A stretch of 64,000 nucleotides of DNA, from assembly GCA_038087875.1 (NCBI GenBank), contig CM075990.1:5272001-5336000 (forward strand), in the 5' to 3' direction. The translations under genes were made by a program, and so were the position numbers. The DNA comes from Malacoraja senta (lineage: Eukaryota). How positions within the stretch are numbered: the first letter of the stretch is position 1; each line of letters opens with the position of its first letter. The notes below the pieces were generated by a model. The model was not told where the DNA came from. It made no database searches and saw only the letters and a program-made list of their open reading frames with translations. Positions 36,025 through 50,043 of the stretch are shown in pieces.

Positions 36025-37643
36025 TAAGTATTAATCAGCAGTGAGAGAACTCAGTGCTTAAATCTTGGTCTTTTACCAGATGCTCAAAATATAAAGGTTT
36101 TCCTGATATGTAAGGGGGATTCATGAGGTCAGGTATTTGGCTTTAGTGAATTTCATAGCATGTGGAATGATGTTTCTGTGAGAATACGTCTATTGACTTT
36201 AATCCACTCAGACCCCTTGTTATTGTATTGTTTCTTAATAGAATTTTTATCAAGGTAAGAAAATAATGAACATCATTGCATTTTTATCATTCTGAATCTA
36301 CCTCCTTTTCTGATACATGATTTTCTCCCAAAGTCAGGTTCATACAATTGCTTGTAATATCAACCCTACATGCTTAGTTTAGTTTTGAGATATAGCATGG
36401 AAACAGGCCGTTCGGCCCACCGAGTCCATGCTGCCCATTGATCACATGTTCACATTAGTTTCATGTTATCCCACTTTCTTACCCACTTCCTACATGCCAG
36501 GTGGAATTTTATAGAGGCAAGTTATCGCACAAACCTGCAATTCTTTGGGAAGTGTGAGGAAACCCACACGGTTACAGGGGAGAACATGCATACTCCAACC
36601 GGTCAGGATCGAACCTGGGCCTCTGGCACTGTGAGGCAGCATCTACCAGCTGCAACAGTGTGCTGCCCACTTAGACCGTTTGAAATAAGTAAAACACTCG
36701 AGTGATACAGTTGGCAATAACCTCTCTCATCAAAGGTTTACAACCAAATACACATTCCCAACAAATTCACCATAATTAATTACACAAATCAAAGAGGCCC
36801 AGAATAGGTTATTGCAAGGCTCTGCCGAGTTAATGGCAAATGTGTGAAACATAGCCAGGGAAGGCACAGAGTGCTGAAGTAACTTGGTGAGTCAGGCAGC
36901 ATCTCAGGAGAACATGGATAGGTGACGTTTCGGGTCAGGGCCCTTCTTCAGGCTGAAACATAGCCACACCAAATTTGGCAATGCCAAATGTAACTGTTTG
37001 CAGCAAGTAGAACACATCCTGACATGGCTGACACAACCTCTCCCACCAAGGGTCCACAACCAAACAAACGATAAAACCAAGCAGATCCTCTGTCATGGCT
37101 TGAAACTCAATTGCCTTGAAGATACTCTCTGTGAAACTGTGCGTCCACATCATGATATCCTGGCCGTCGAATCTCGAGAGGAGTATGTCAAGAGTAGCCA
37201 AAAATGCTGGAGAAACTCAGCGGGTGAGGCAGCATCTATGGAGAGGAATAGACGACATTTCGGGTCGAGACCCTTCTTCAGCCATCATTTGCCATAATTA
37301 TGGCATGTCTTTTTGGTTTATGAGTCAGTGGTGTAGCATTCTCAAGAATATCTCTGTAATATTGGGCGGCACAGTGGCGCAGCGGAAGAGTTGCTGCCTT
37401 AATGATATTTTATTTTATGTCCATGATGGCTGCCGGAAGGGAGAGTGGACGCTGGCGCGCTTTAGCAGCCGCTGCTCTCTCTTCCATATTGTGTTTTTGA
37501 TTTTTGTTTTTGGAGTGAATTCTCTCTTTAATTTGTGTACTGGTGATGTCTTTACTATTTATTTCATTCTGCTTACATGTTTCTACTATTTGTTAAACTT
37601 TGTAAGGTGTCCTTGAGATTTTTGAAAGGCGCCCATAAATAAA

Positions 37644-37676
<33 letters not shown>

Positions 37677-38225
37677 AGCGCCAGAGACCCAGGTTTGATC
37701 CTGACTAAGGGTGCTGTCTCTTTGGAGTTTGTACGTTCTCCCTGTGACCGCATGGGTTTTCTCCGGGTGCATCGGTTTCCTCCCACAGTCCAAAGACGTA
37801 CAGGTTTGTAGGGTAACTAGCTACTGTAAATATTGTACATTGACCCTAGCGTGTAGTGTACTGCGGGGTGATCGCTGGTCGGTGCGGACTCAGTGGGCCT
37901 GTTTCTGCACTATATTTCTAAAGTATAAATCTAAAGTCTATGACACAGCTCCTCACGACGTGACTGAAGTAAGCTTCCCATTGTTATCATTTGCCCTCGA
38001 ATTTCCCTCTATTTTATCCTCTTTGCGGAAAAAAAGGATGAAAAACAAATTAGGCCGTGAAATATCCAGCGCATAGTCATCTTTCTTGGGGGTTGCTCAG
38101 AATGGAGCAGACACTGGAATTTAATGCTGAGAATTCAGATAGTGACTTCTACTTGGCTCTTCATGGCCCCATGCTTATCATCATACTGGAACGCAGCTAA
38201 CTAATTGCAGCATGGAGAGGGATGA

Positions 38226-39362
38226 AACATAGAAAATAGGTGCAGGAGGAGGCTATTCGGCCCTTCGAACCAGCACTGCCATTCATTGTGATCATGGCTG
38301 ATTGTCCCCAATCAATAACCCGTGCCTGCCTTCTCCCCATATCCCTTGATTCCACCAGCCCCTAGAGCTCTATCTAACTCTCTCCTAAATCCATCCAGTT
38401 ATTTGGCCTCCACTGCCCTCTGTTGCAGGGAATTCCACAAATTCACAACTCTCTGGGTGAACCGTTTTTTTCTCACCTCAGTCCTAAATGGCCTCCCCTT
38501 TATTCTAAGACTGTGGTCCCTGGTTCTGGACTCGCCCAACATTGGGAACATTTTTCCTGCATCTAGCCTGTCCAGTCCTTTTATAATTTTATATGTTTCT
38601 ATAAGATCCCTCCTCATCCTTCTAAACTCCAGTGAATACAAGCCTAGTGTTTTCAATCTTTCCTCATATGACAGTTCCGCCATCCCAGGGATCAACCTCG
38701 TGAACCTACGCTGCACTGCCTCAATCACAAGGATGTCCTTCCTCAAATTAGGAGACCAAAACTGTACACAATACTCCAGATGTGGTCTTACCAGAGCCCT
38801 ATACAACTGCAGAAGAACCTCTCCTATACTGAAATCTTCTTGTTATGAAGGCCAACATTCCATTAGCTTTCTTCACTGCCTCCTGTACCTGCAGGCCAAC
38901 TTTCAGTGACCGGTGTACAAGGCACCCAGGTCTTGCTGTACCTCCCCCTTACCTAACCTAACCCCATAGAGATAATAACCTGCCCGCTTGTTTTTACCAC
39001 CAAAGTGGATAACCTCATATTTATCTATATTATACTGCATCTGCCACGCATCTGCCCACTCACTCAACCTGTCCAGGTCACCCTGTAACCTCCTAACATC
39101 CTCTTCACAGTTCACACTGCCACCCAGCTTTGTGTCATCCGCAAACTTGCTAGTGTTGCTCCTAATTCCCTCTTCCACATCATTAATATATATGGTAAAC
39201 AGTTGCGGCCCCAACACCGAGCCTTGCGGCACTCCACTCGCCACTGCCTGCCATTCTGAAAAGGACCCGTTCACTCCTACTCTTTGCTTCCTGTCTGGCA
39301 ATCAATTTTCTATCCATGTCAACACCCTACCCCCAATACCATGTGCTCTAATTTTAGTCACC
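38226..39362 (-). mobile_element. CR1-clade LINE, 5'-truncated (RT domain to 3' end)
   Basis: ORFs with SGVPQGSVLGPQLFTIYIND, KFADDTKLGG, LVRPHLEYCVQFWSP and FTQRVVNLWNSL. Confidence 0.95.
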
Positions 39363-41232
39363 AGAGGAGGAGCAGCGATAGACCGTGCTCACCGCCCCAT
39401 ACTCCTTGCGATGAAGGTGGTTGAAATATTGCAGGCAAAGTGAACATCTCGAGACCAATTGAACCTCGTGCCATTCAGGAAACTTAGAGTTGTCGGATAA
39501 TGAGGTGGTATCGGTTTAAAGTAATTGATGGGCGGACTAGGGGAGGAGAGGAGGAGACATTTTTTCAACAAGAGCACGGCATTGATATGGAACTTCCTGC
39601 TACAAAGAGTGGTGGAAGAGAAGTTCTCACATTTAGAACATAGTTGAACATGAAGTGTTGTTGAGCATCTGTGCCCTTCATGGTTATGGAGCCTGCACTG
39701 GGGGATGGAATCGGGCCATCCCACCCTTTTAATGACCAATATATATGCAATGTATCAAAAAGCCTCCTTCTGTGTTGTCATTTTTCAATGACTCTATGTC
39801 CTATTATATTTCTGTAAATGGGATGATGTGCCCATCACCAAAGACATTTCTGGTTTCAAACTATTTCAGCAGATTTCAATATTTGGTCCTTGCTTCTATT
39901 TTGAAGATTAGAAATACAGTGTGAAAACAGGCCCTTCGGCCCACCATGTCCATGCCGACCAATGATCACCCCTACACTAGTTCTATCCTACACACTAGGT
40001 AGGTGCAATTTCAAGAAGCCAATTAACCTGCAAACCTGCACGTCTTTGGAATGTGGGAGGAAACCGGAGCACCCGGAGGAAACCCACACAGTCACAGGGA
40101 GAACGTGCAAACTCCGTACAGACAGCACCTGAGGTCAGGATCGAACTTGGGTCTCTGGCGCTGTGAGGCAGCAACTCTACCGCTGCACCGCTGTGACACG
40201 TTTTAGTGTAAATGTGTTTATCTTACATTCTTTATTAATTTCATCGTAAAAAGGAAAGACATTTTTACTTACAGTCAGGGTCAAAGAACACACAAGAAGC
40301 CATTCAAACCACAAGCCCTATGCCAACTTTTTGAAAGAATTACCCAATTAATGCTACTAGCCTGTTCTTTTTCTCAAGGGCTGACAATATTTTGTCCTTT
40401 TAAATATAGATACACTCCGTTTAATGTTTGTTCAGGGAACTTAACAGAGAGGATGGAGATTATTATAGAGAAAATGTAGAAACAAGGAACTGCAGGCGCT
40501 GGTTTATGGAAAAAAAAGACACAAAGTGCTGGAGTAACTCAGCGGGTCAGGCAGCATCTCTGGAGAAAAAGTATGGGTGACGTTTCGGTCGTGACCCTTC
40601 TTCAGACGCGGTAGGCAGATGGTTGGACAAAGATCAGAGTTGAAAAACCCCACAGAAAGTGTTAGACAAAAGGATTGAAAAGTTACAACTAATGAAGCCA
40701 GAGGAAGGAATGTAGAGGGGGAGGGGGAGGGGGAGGGAGAGGGAGAGGGGGGGGGGGGGGGGAAGAAATAGGACCTTATTATGCCTTTTGAATGTTAGCT
40801 TTGTCCTGCACCAATGGAACACATATCGTCAAGGCCAGATAAAGCTTCCTTCCTTTTAGCTATTAGTGGTGGTCTGCCTTTATAACATTTCATTATAACT
40901 TTGGTGATCACAACTCTCATGGAAAGTGGACAGTGCGAGTAACTCTGTAGGCACAGCTCTCCTGGCATTCTCATTAAGGCCGGCAGTGTCTGGTGTCAAT
41001 CCTCTTAAACTTCTCTGTGAAATTTTGCTTATTCTGAACGGAAAAAAATTCAGGTGGAGAAAGTGAAGTCAAATACGTGCACTCGTTAGAAGTAGCTCTG
41101 AAAGTAATTATTACCCTCTGGGTTAAATAAGCAGTCGTCTCTCGATCATTCTGCTCCTAGTTTGTGTGTTGCACCTTTAAATTAAGTCATGGATAATCGG
41201 TATTTAGATTTGATGACGTAATGCCTGCCTAA

Positions 41233-41562
41233 AAGCCCTGTCCCACGGTACGAGTTCATTCCAAGAGCTCTCCCGAGTTTGCCCTGATTCGAACTCGGAG
41301 ATTTACGGTAATGGCCACTCGTCGGTACTCGGGGCTCTCGTGGACATTTTTCAACATGTTGAAAAATCTTCCCGAGTCTTCCCGTGCTTACTTGCTGTTA
41401 GCGAGTCTTCCCGAGTACCTGCCGTTAGTGTTACGAGCCGCTAAGAGACATCCCCGAGCTCCGACGTACCCGCTACGTTCATTCTCCGTGCTTACCACGA
41501 GTTTGATTTTTTTAAAACTCGGGAGAGCTCTTGGAATGAACTCGTACCGTGGGACAGGGCTA
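41233..41562. mobile_element. PIF/Harbinger-like MITE
   Basis: TIR gccctgtcccacggtacgagttcattccaagagctctcccgagttt and its reverse complement. Confidence 0.8.
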
Positions 41563-43299
41563 TTAATATGAATACCTTTAGATCTATTACATGAAAGATA
41601 GGTTTTCCTGAGAACAGCACTACTTTAGATCAGACTTTAGAAATACAACATGGAAACAGGCCCATCCGCCGACCGAGTCCGCGCCGACCAGCAATCACCC
41701 CGTGTGCTAACACTATCCAACACACTAGGGACAATTTACAATTTTACCAAAGCCAATTAACCTACAAACATGCATGTCTTTGGGATGTGGAGGAAACCGG
41801 AGCACGTGATCACAGGGAGGACGTACAAACTTCGTAAAGACATCCCCAGTGGTCAGGATTGAAACCGGGTCTCTGGCGCTGTAAAGGGAGCAACTGTACC
41901 GCTGCACCACTGTGCCCCACTGCAGAAGGCTGCCAGATGAAGGATATTGAGAAGGCCCTCTTTCAGAAGTTTAGCACTTTTCAAACATTGTTTGTGAGCC
42001 TCAATGGGGAGCAATGATACTAATTTGATCCTCAGCAAACTTTCTTTCTTTCTTTCCTTCCTGGGATTGGTCTTTCTTTTAACAAGCTCTCCACCCGGTG
42101 ATTTCCACATGGGTCACTCTGCCTGCCACTGGACCAGGAATCTTCCCATTTTCTGGTCGCACTCTTCACCAACCTTCCAGTAAATATTGGGGTTAAAATG
42201 TCCCCCAAATAATGAGATTGGAAATAAAGGACAGGAGTATGAAATATGCCTTGGGCATCATCCTCAAATTATGACCTGATGCATATTTCAATGGAGACCG
42301 TTCGGTGTAAATGTGTTTATCTTACATCTTTTATTAATTTATTAAAACATTGAAGGCCATCCTCTCCGAACAATCCCATCAATCTCATTCCCCACACTTT
42401 CCCCTGTAACCTCTCTCTCTTTCACATAGCCATCAACTCCATCCTGATTCTCCTACCACCCAGCCAGCAACTTCAAGGGCAATGTATACAACTTGCCAAC
42501 CAACATGTTATAGTCACACAGCACAGAAAAAGGCCCTTTGGCCCAACTTGCCCATGCCAGTCAATATGCCTCATCTACGCTAGTCCCAACTGCCCACATT
42601 TGGCTCATACCCTCAAAACCTCTCCTGTCCATGTCGTTGAGATGTAGGAAGAAACTAAAGGACCACATGGTCACAGGACAAATAGTATAAACTTTGCCCT
42701 AGTGTAATGATCTTCCTTCATGTTTAGTTTAGTTTAGTTTATTATTATCACGTGTACCGAGGTGCAGTGAAAAGCTTTGTTTGCGTACTATCCTGTCAAA
42801 GAACAGACTATACAAGATTGTATTCCTGACTCTAACATTAAACTGCAACTATGAAAATTTTAGACAATGGTTGAATCATTTTCACAGCAAACCAGCTAGA
42901 ACTATACCGCTCCTAGCCCTAAAGGAAATAGGAATGTAAACTTTAATTGCTTTGCTTTCATTGATTCTATGGTAACCAGAAATAAATAAAACATGCCAAC
43001 ATTTTCATTTACAGCTAACTTTGTTTTACTTGGAATAAAACTAGAAACTGGTGATAACACTGAGCAGGTCAACAGCACAGGTGTACTCTGACCTGTTGAT
43101 ATACCTGGCACTGTCTGTTTTTACTTCAGATTTTCAGCTTCAGAAGGATTTTCCATTTTATTTTCTCTGGCTTTGTTCCAGCTTTCTAAAAACAAAAGTC
43201 TCCATTTGATAAACCGTAATGAAGTTACAGATGGTGACAGACTTCTGAACTCAAGAATAATCAGCTGGAACTGAAATAGAACTTACATTAACTTAGAGA

Positions 43300-43515
43300 G
43301 ACACAAAATGCTGGGGTAACTCATCGGGACAGGCAGCATCTCTGGAGAGAAGGAATGGGTGCCATCTCGGATTCAGATCCTGAGGACATCTGAAGAAGGG
43401 TCTCGACCGGACACGCCACCCATTCTTTCTCTCCAGAGATTCCGCCTGTCCCGCTGAGTTACTCCAGTATTTTGTGTCTATCCTCAGTGTAAACCAACAT
43501 CTGCAGTTCCTTCCT
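43300..43515. mobile_element. Penelope-derived non-autonomous fold-back element (representative of many copies)
   Basis: Inverted arms gctgg(a/g)gtaactcagcgggacaggcagcatctctggagagaagg and its reverse complement. Similar copies near 4330-5230, 7110-7400, 11355-11610, 14905-15200, 23140-23390, 24085-24230, 33480-33720, 54880-55120 and 59595-59890. Confidence 0.8.
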
Positions 43516-44554
43516 TACATTAACTTGGCATGTATCACATCAAAGAACTTAATATGCTAAATATTGAAGTACATTACAATGGTAACTTCAATTTCAAATA
43601 TAGTAATTGGTTGCAGAATGCCTTGGCACATCTTGAGTCACTTCATAATACAAGGCTTTAACGTGCAGCCATTGTTGTAATGTGAGCAAACATGGCAACT
43701 ACTTTGCCCTTGTTCCCACAAATGGCAACAAGGTAAATAACCAGCCTTAAGTAATATTTCAGCCCTTTTTAACCACTGCGCTAAGGGATCAGTCATTACA
43801 TTTGAACATACAGCACTCTGACATTGAGTCAAATGATACTGAGTTGATATTGTGATATCAGTAGGACATGATACTCTTTCTAGAACAGAATGTTTTGTGC
43901 AGAAAAGATGCTGATACAACTACAGAACTGAACTTATGCAATGCGAATAACGATTCGATTTTTGCTGCCTCACAGAAGCACAGCCATAGTTGGTCAGTAA
44001 CTCAGTGTTTACTGAAAGTTTCCATTAACGCTTTGATTAAAACCCTCCCAGCCGTACGGGTGTTCTGATTTGTTTAATGAGTAAACAATTGAAAGGTTGA
44101 ACTTGTACACAGTGGTGGACTCCTCAATAAGAGGATATAACCTTCAAATTAGACTAGGCCATGGTTCTTAAGTAGCGTCAGGATGCAGTTCCTGCTGGGT
44201 TTGGTGAGGTGGGCGGGGGGGGACGAGGGGCAAGGTATATCTCACCTTTTCTTTTTCTTTTTTTAAATTCCTATATCTGCTACACTGCTTTGGTAGTTTA
44301 GGGGATTTTTTTTGTTCTTCTTCAATCTATCTTTTCACTTTCACTTTCTACTTTTCTTTCTTGTTTTCTCTTTCTTTTCTTTTTTCATTTTCATAAATTA
44401 GGTTACAAGGTTAAAAATGAAGCTGTACAATAATTGTATAATTTTAGATGCCGAATGTTTTATCTCTGTACAATTGCTTCTAATAAAAATTTAAAAAAAT
44501 TAAAAGGACTCACACGATATCTAAAATGTTCCTTTCTCCCATCTACTCACCACT

Positions 44555-44970
44555 CAACACCTCAAGTGGAGTTAAGGAACAACACCTCATATTTCACGGG
44601 CTGCTTACAGCCCAGCTGTATGACTATTGATTCCTCTAAATTTAAGTGACCCTTGCTTTCCCTCTCTCTCCGTCCCTACCCCACCCTAGTTCTCCAAATA
44701 GTTTCACTGTCCTCCTGATCAATGTTACTGTTTGTATGCCTCGTTGTCACCTTCCCCTCAATCTACAATGAACCATTTTACATTTCCTTGATAGTCTGCT
44801 TTGATCTGTCGTTTTCACACCTTAGCCTTCCATATCTCTAGTTTCCCTCCCCCCTGACTCTCAGTCTGAAGAAGGATCTCGACCCGAAGCTTCACACCTG
44901 TTCCGCTGAGTTACTCCAGCACTTTGTGTCTTTCTTCAGTGTAAACCAGCATCTGCAGTTCCTTCCTACA
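44555..44970 (+). mobile_element. Older Penelope-like 3' end with hammerhead-like motif
   Basis: gaacaacacctcatattt (EQHLIF-like), pyrimidine-rich UTR, ctgaagaaggatctcgacccgaag, then the family tail. Confidence 0.65.
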
Positions 44971-45403
44971 TGTCTGTCTACCTCAAGTTCTACATCTCCA
45001 TCCAATAAAACAAGCTATTCATAAGTTCATGAGTTTTTGGAGCAGATTTAGGCCATTCAGTCCATCAAGTCTACTCCACCATTCAATCATGGCTGATCTA
45101 TTGTTGCCTGTCAACCCCATTCTCCTGCCTTCTCCCCATAACCCCTGACACCCTGGCATTCTGACATGGCTTGTCGGTCTAAGGTGATTAGATGAAGTTT
45201 AAATACATGCCAAGTAAATAACTGAGTGATGGAATAGGTTTCTTGGGCTGAATGTTTTATTTCTTGTTCATTTGTGCATTGGCAAACGAATATTCTAAAT
45301 GTCATCAGAAGCAGTCCTCATCAGGTATTCTTGAACTATGATTAATACAGCTTTGATTAATTTATCAGTTGACTAACTGATCTCTGATTTTTCTTTTGCA
45401 CAG

Positions 45404-45451
45404 GTATGTTGTGGCAGTGCAGAATCATCACGTTTGCCCCGTGGATAACTG
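45404..45451 (+). CDS. TMEM150A: TMEM150A-like coding exon 2 (YVVAVQNHHVCPVDNW)
   Basis: Pyrimidine tract ttttcttttgcacag, 48 nt, phase 2-2, donor gtacag. The NHHVCPV-NW motif matches TMEM150A. Confidence 0.93.
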
Positions 45452-46234
45452 GTACAGTACTCTTGCATTTGGTACTTTGCAATAGAATGAGAGGGAGTTT
45501 TCTAATAGTCAAGCTATCCTCAATCTTCCAACTAATCTGAGCACCAACCTCTACTCAATTGTCATCATTTTGCTAAAATATTATATTAATGGATTTGTCT
45601 TTTGCCACTCATGATCCCTCATTAAACCCTTGAGCACAAGTCTATGTAGTTCACAACATATTTGAGAATAGAAACATTAATTGTTCATCATGGGACAGGT
45701 TGTAAAATGTTTTAGAAATATACCGTGTGCTCACGCATGCACACACCATGCAGGTTGACACAAAATGCTGGAGTAACTCAGCGGGACAGGCAGCATCTCT
45801 GGAGAGAAGGAATGTTAAGGGTTTGGACACGCTGGAGGCAGGAAACATGTTCCCGATGTTGGGGGAGTCCAGAACCAGGGGCCACAGTTTAAGAATAAGG
45901 GGTAAGCCGTTTAGAACGGAGACGAGGAAACACTTTTTCTCACAGAGAGTGGTGAGTCTGTGGAATTCTCTGCCTCAGAGGCCGGTGGAGGAAGGTTCTC
46001 TGGATGCTTTCAAGAGAGAGCTGGATAGGGCTCTTAAAGACAGTGGAGTCAGGGGGATATGGGGAAAAGGCAGGAACGGGGTACTGATTAGGGATGATCA
46101 GCCATGATCACATTGAATGGCGGTGCTGGCTTGAAGGGCTGAATGGCCAACTCCTGCACCTATGGTCTATTGTCTATTGTCTATTGTCTATTGAATGGGT
46201 GACGTTTCGGGTCGAGATCCTTCTTCAGACACAA

Positions 46235-47584
46235 ACTCGACATGAAACGTCACTGACGGAGCACCGTCAATGACAGGTAAAGCAGCTGTGACTACAACTT
46301 TGCTTGAAAACTTTTTAGGTCGTCATCTAATAAAATATATCACTGCATTATACACCAAGAGTCACTGTGTGGAAAAACTTTAAATTTGCAACATGTTACG
46401 TTACCGGTTGTGAAATGCGTGAATAAAATTAGAGCAAGAGGATTAAACAGAAGAGAATTCAGGGAATATTGTGAAATGTTAGATTTGGAATATGGTGATC
46501 TCGTCCTTCATTGTGAGGTGCGCTGGCTTTCTAAAGGAAAGGTTCTCAGTAGATCTTGGAAACTAAAAAATACTGTTCATAATTTTCTAGAAGAGAAGAA
46601 TGAGGTGCCTGAGGAAAGAGCCCTTTTATGTGATAACAAATGGCTATTTGATTGAGCATTATTAGTTGATGTTACCAGCCATCTCAATGATCTAAATTTG
46701 AAACTGCAGGGCAAGAACAAATTGTTTCCTAGCTCAGTAGATGATATCAGTGCATTCAAGGAAGTTAAAACTGTTTACCTCTCAGTTAGAAAATAGGGAG
46801 TTTCCACACTTGGAAGAGCAGAGTGAACGTGCTGAAGCTTTACAGAATATATTGAAAAAAACAGGCTATTGCAAAAGTAATTTGAAAGTCATTTCCGTGA
46901 TTTTGCTACAGAAGAAGACGGCATACTCGCATTTATAAACCCATTTTCACTTAGTGAACAAAAAATCTTGAAGATGCCTAGTAACATACAAATGGTACTT
47001 ATTGAATTGAATACAAATTCATTATTGAAAATGAAATTTGATGAGCTTCCCTCAGTCCCAAATGCTTCTGACATGATTAATTATTGGCGATCATTACCCT
47101 GTGAACATTTTCCAGAAGTAACAAAACTTGCCCAAAGTTATATTCAGCCATGATCATATTGAATGGCGGTGCAGGCTCGAAGAGCCGAATGGCCTATTCC
47201 TGCACCTATTTTCTATGTTTCTATATCTGTCATTTTGGAACAAAGTACAGATGTGAACAAGCATTTTCATCCATGAAATTGATTAAAAACAAAACGAGGT
47301 CACAATCGACTGATTCAAATTTGAAGAATTCTCTGCTGCTCCCAGTAACAAATTTAACTCCCAAACATCAAAAGCTTGGCGAGATCAAAACACTCAAAAG
47401 TCTCATTAAAGTAAGTAATGTTTATCTTGTTTTTATAGTAAAAATCATTACATCATGTAAAAATGTTATGTACATATTAACATATTTTTACAAGAATTGA
47501 ATGGGGGTACAAGTGTTGTATGGCGCATCTGAACTAGTGCGTGAAAAAATTGGCGCATGGAATGTAAAAGGTTGGCCACCCCTG
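46235..47584 (+). mobile_element. Degenerate hAT (Charlie/Buster/SPIN-type) transposase remnant with right TIR
   Basis: Motifs TDGAPSMTGK, HCIIHQESLC, HCEVRWLSKGKVL, LNLKLQGK and YRCEQAFSSMK across stops and frameshifts. End ggttggccacccctg. CR1 tail inserted at about 47145-47225. Confidence 0.9.
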
Positions 47585-49519
47585 AGTTAGACGCTGCCTG
47601 ACTTGCTGAGTGTTTGCAGCATTTTTCTATTTTTCTATCTTTTTGATAGCACTGATGGACTCAGCTCCTGCCTTCAGAAAAACAAACAGTAACCGCAGTG
47701 TTGCTGAAATGTCACCAGCTGCCGGAAGCAGTGTGTATCATCTCCAGGGTGGTATTGGCTCCTCCTAACTTCCAGCAACTCAGGATGTTTATACTTGTCC
47801 ATGTCATCTCGTACTTTCAGTTTGACAAAACCAGAGCATCCCCACTTGCAATCTCCTGAGCATTCTCTCTCGAAACCTTCATTGGAATCCCTTGGGGCAT
47901 TTTATATAGTGTGGACCCACTAAATATTATGTTTCCTTCACGTCCCACCTCACTGAAGCTACTGATACCAGAGGTCTTCCTTTGATAATCAGGCATCTCT
48001 AACCTTAGTTTAATTTAGTTCAGTTTAGTTTAGAGATACAGCTCAGAAACAGGCCATTCGGCCCACCTAGTCCACACCGCCCAGCGATTCCCACACATTA
48101 ACACTATCCTGCACATGCTAGGGACAATTTACATTTTTACAAAGCCAATAAACCTACAAACCCGTACGTCTTTGGAGTGTGGGAGGAAATCGAAGATCTC
48201 GGAGAAAACCCACGCAGTCACAGGGAGAACGTACAAACTCCGTAGTCGGGTTCGAACCCGAATCTCTGGCGCTGCAAGCGCTGTAAGGCAGCAACTCTAC
48301 CGCTGCACCACCATGCAGCCCCTTCCTTCAGTTCTCCCCTCACTGAGCCCATTGCCATTTCTGATGTGCAAGGATTGTAAACAATGAAATAGATTGTCCT
48401 TCTCTCAACATATCCACCACAGACTCTTTATCCTCTGAGTAATCCCACTGTTCCATTTGCCAATAATTTACTGAATTGTATGCGGGAAAAAAAAATTCAC
48501 TGTATGTAAGTACATGTGATCATAAAGAACCATTGAACCAGAGTTCCCATAGACACGGTTATATGAGGACAATGAGGACTCTCTCCCTGATAAGCCTGGA
48601 ATGAAAAGGACAAAGGCAATAGCACAGCAATAATGTGTGCATGATCTTTTACTGCACAGCCAATAGTGGTGGAATTCATCTGTAAAAGTTGAAAGATCCA
48701 TACAAAGGCCATTAGCAGGATCCTTCTTCCAGAACATTCTCTCGAGACCTTCATTGGTGCATTTACCCATGGGGCATTTTATATAGTGTGGACTCACTCA
48801 CCAGTCAGCCAAAATATTACATTTCCTTCATAGAAACATAGAATATAGGTGCAGGAAGAGGTCATTTGGCCCTTTGAACCAGCACCACCATTCATTGTGA
48901 TCATGGCTGATCATCCACAATCAGTAACCCGTACCTGCCTTCTTCCCATATCCCTTGATGCCGCTAGCCCCCGGAGCTCTATCCAACTGTCCTTTAAATT
49001 CATCCAGTGAATTGGCCTCCACTGCCTTCTGTGGCAGAAAATTCCACAAATTCACAACTCTCTGGGTGAAAACGTTTTTTTCTCACTTCAGTTTTAAATG
49101 GCCTCCCCTTCTCCACCCACCTTACCGAAGAAACTCATACCAGAGGTCTTCCTTTGATAATCAGGCATTTTTAATCTTAGTTTAGTTTAGTTTAGTATAG
49201 AGATACAGCGCAGAAACAAGTCCTTGTCTTCCTTCCTCCCTCCAGAGCAGTCAGTATCACTGAAAGGGACCCAACCATGTTTGCGGTGATAGGCAGTGGT
49301 AATGAGTGACCTTGGCTTATAGGACAATGGGACAAGTTATTGAGGTGTCCCAATGAAAAGTATTCTCATATGGATGTGCAGGTGTGTTTGTGTCTGTGTC
49401 TGTGTCTCTGTCTGTGTCTGTGTGTATTACTGTCTGATTGTCTATGAGTGTTGCCAGTTGATACAGTGTAGTTATGGTTCACTGAGTGGCTATTAATGAG
49501 TCTGGGGAAGTGAAAGTAA

Positions 49520-50043
49520 AGGGCCTGTCCCACTTACGCGACATTTTCGGCGACTGCCGGCACCCGTCATAGGTCGTTACAGGTCGCCGAGAATTTTCAA
49601 CGTTGAAAATCCAGCGGCGACCAGAACTAGGTACGACTCTTTGGGCGACTACTCACGACCATACAGGCTTCACCCCACGACATGTTGCCAGGTTGTCGCC
49701 TGTGGAGAGATACGTTTTTTTGCCTTCCATCACAGCGCTGTGATGGATGTATGTGTAAATTGTGTTGTGTCTCGGGTCTTCTTCGTTTTGTAATATATGG
49801 CTGCAGAAACGACATTTCGTTTGGACCTCAACGGGGTCCAAATGACAAATTTGTCCAAAAGACAAATAAATTGTATTGTATTGTATTGTATTGTATTGTA
49901 TGGTCGTGAGTAGTCTCCTAGTCACCCAAAGAGTCGTAGCGTCTTTCTGGTCGCTGCTGAATTTTCAACATGTTGAAAATTTTCGCCGACCTATGACGGG
50001 TGCCGGCAGTCGCCGTAAAAGTCGCGTAAGTGGGACAGGCCCT
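49520..50043. mobile_element. PIF/Harbinger-like MITE with nested retroposon tail
   Basis: Long TIRs agggcctgtcccacttacgcgac. Insert at about 49703-49900 ends in (ttgta)n. Confidence 0.8.

Noticed and set aside
46386..46655. Domesticated GTF2IRD2/ZBED-like gene
   Set aside because: In-frame stops, frameshifts, a CR1 insertion and a retained TIR indicate a dead transposon.
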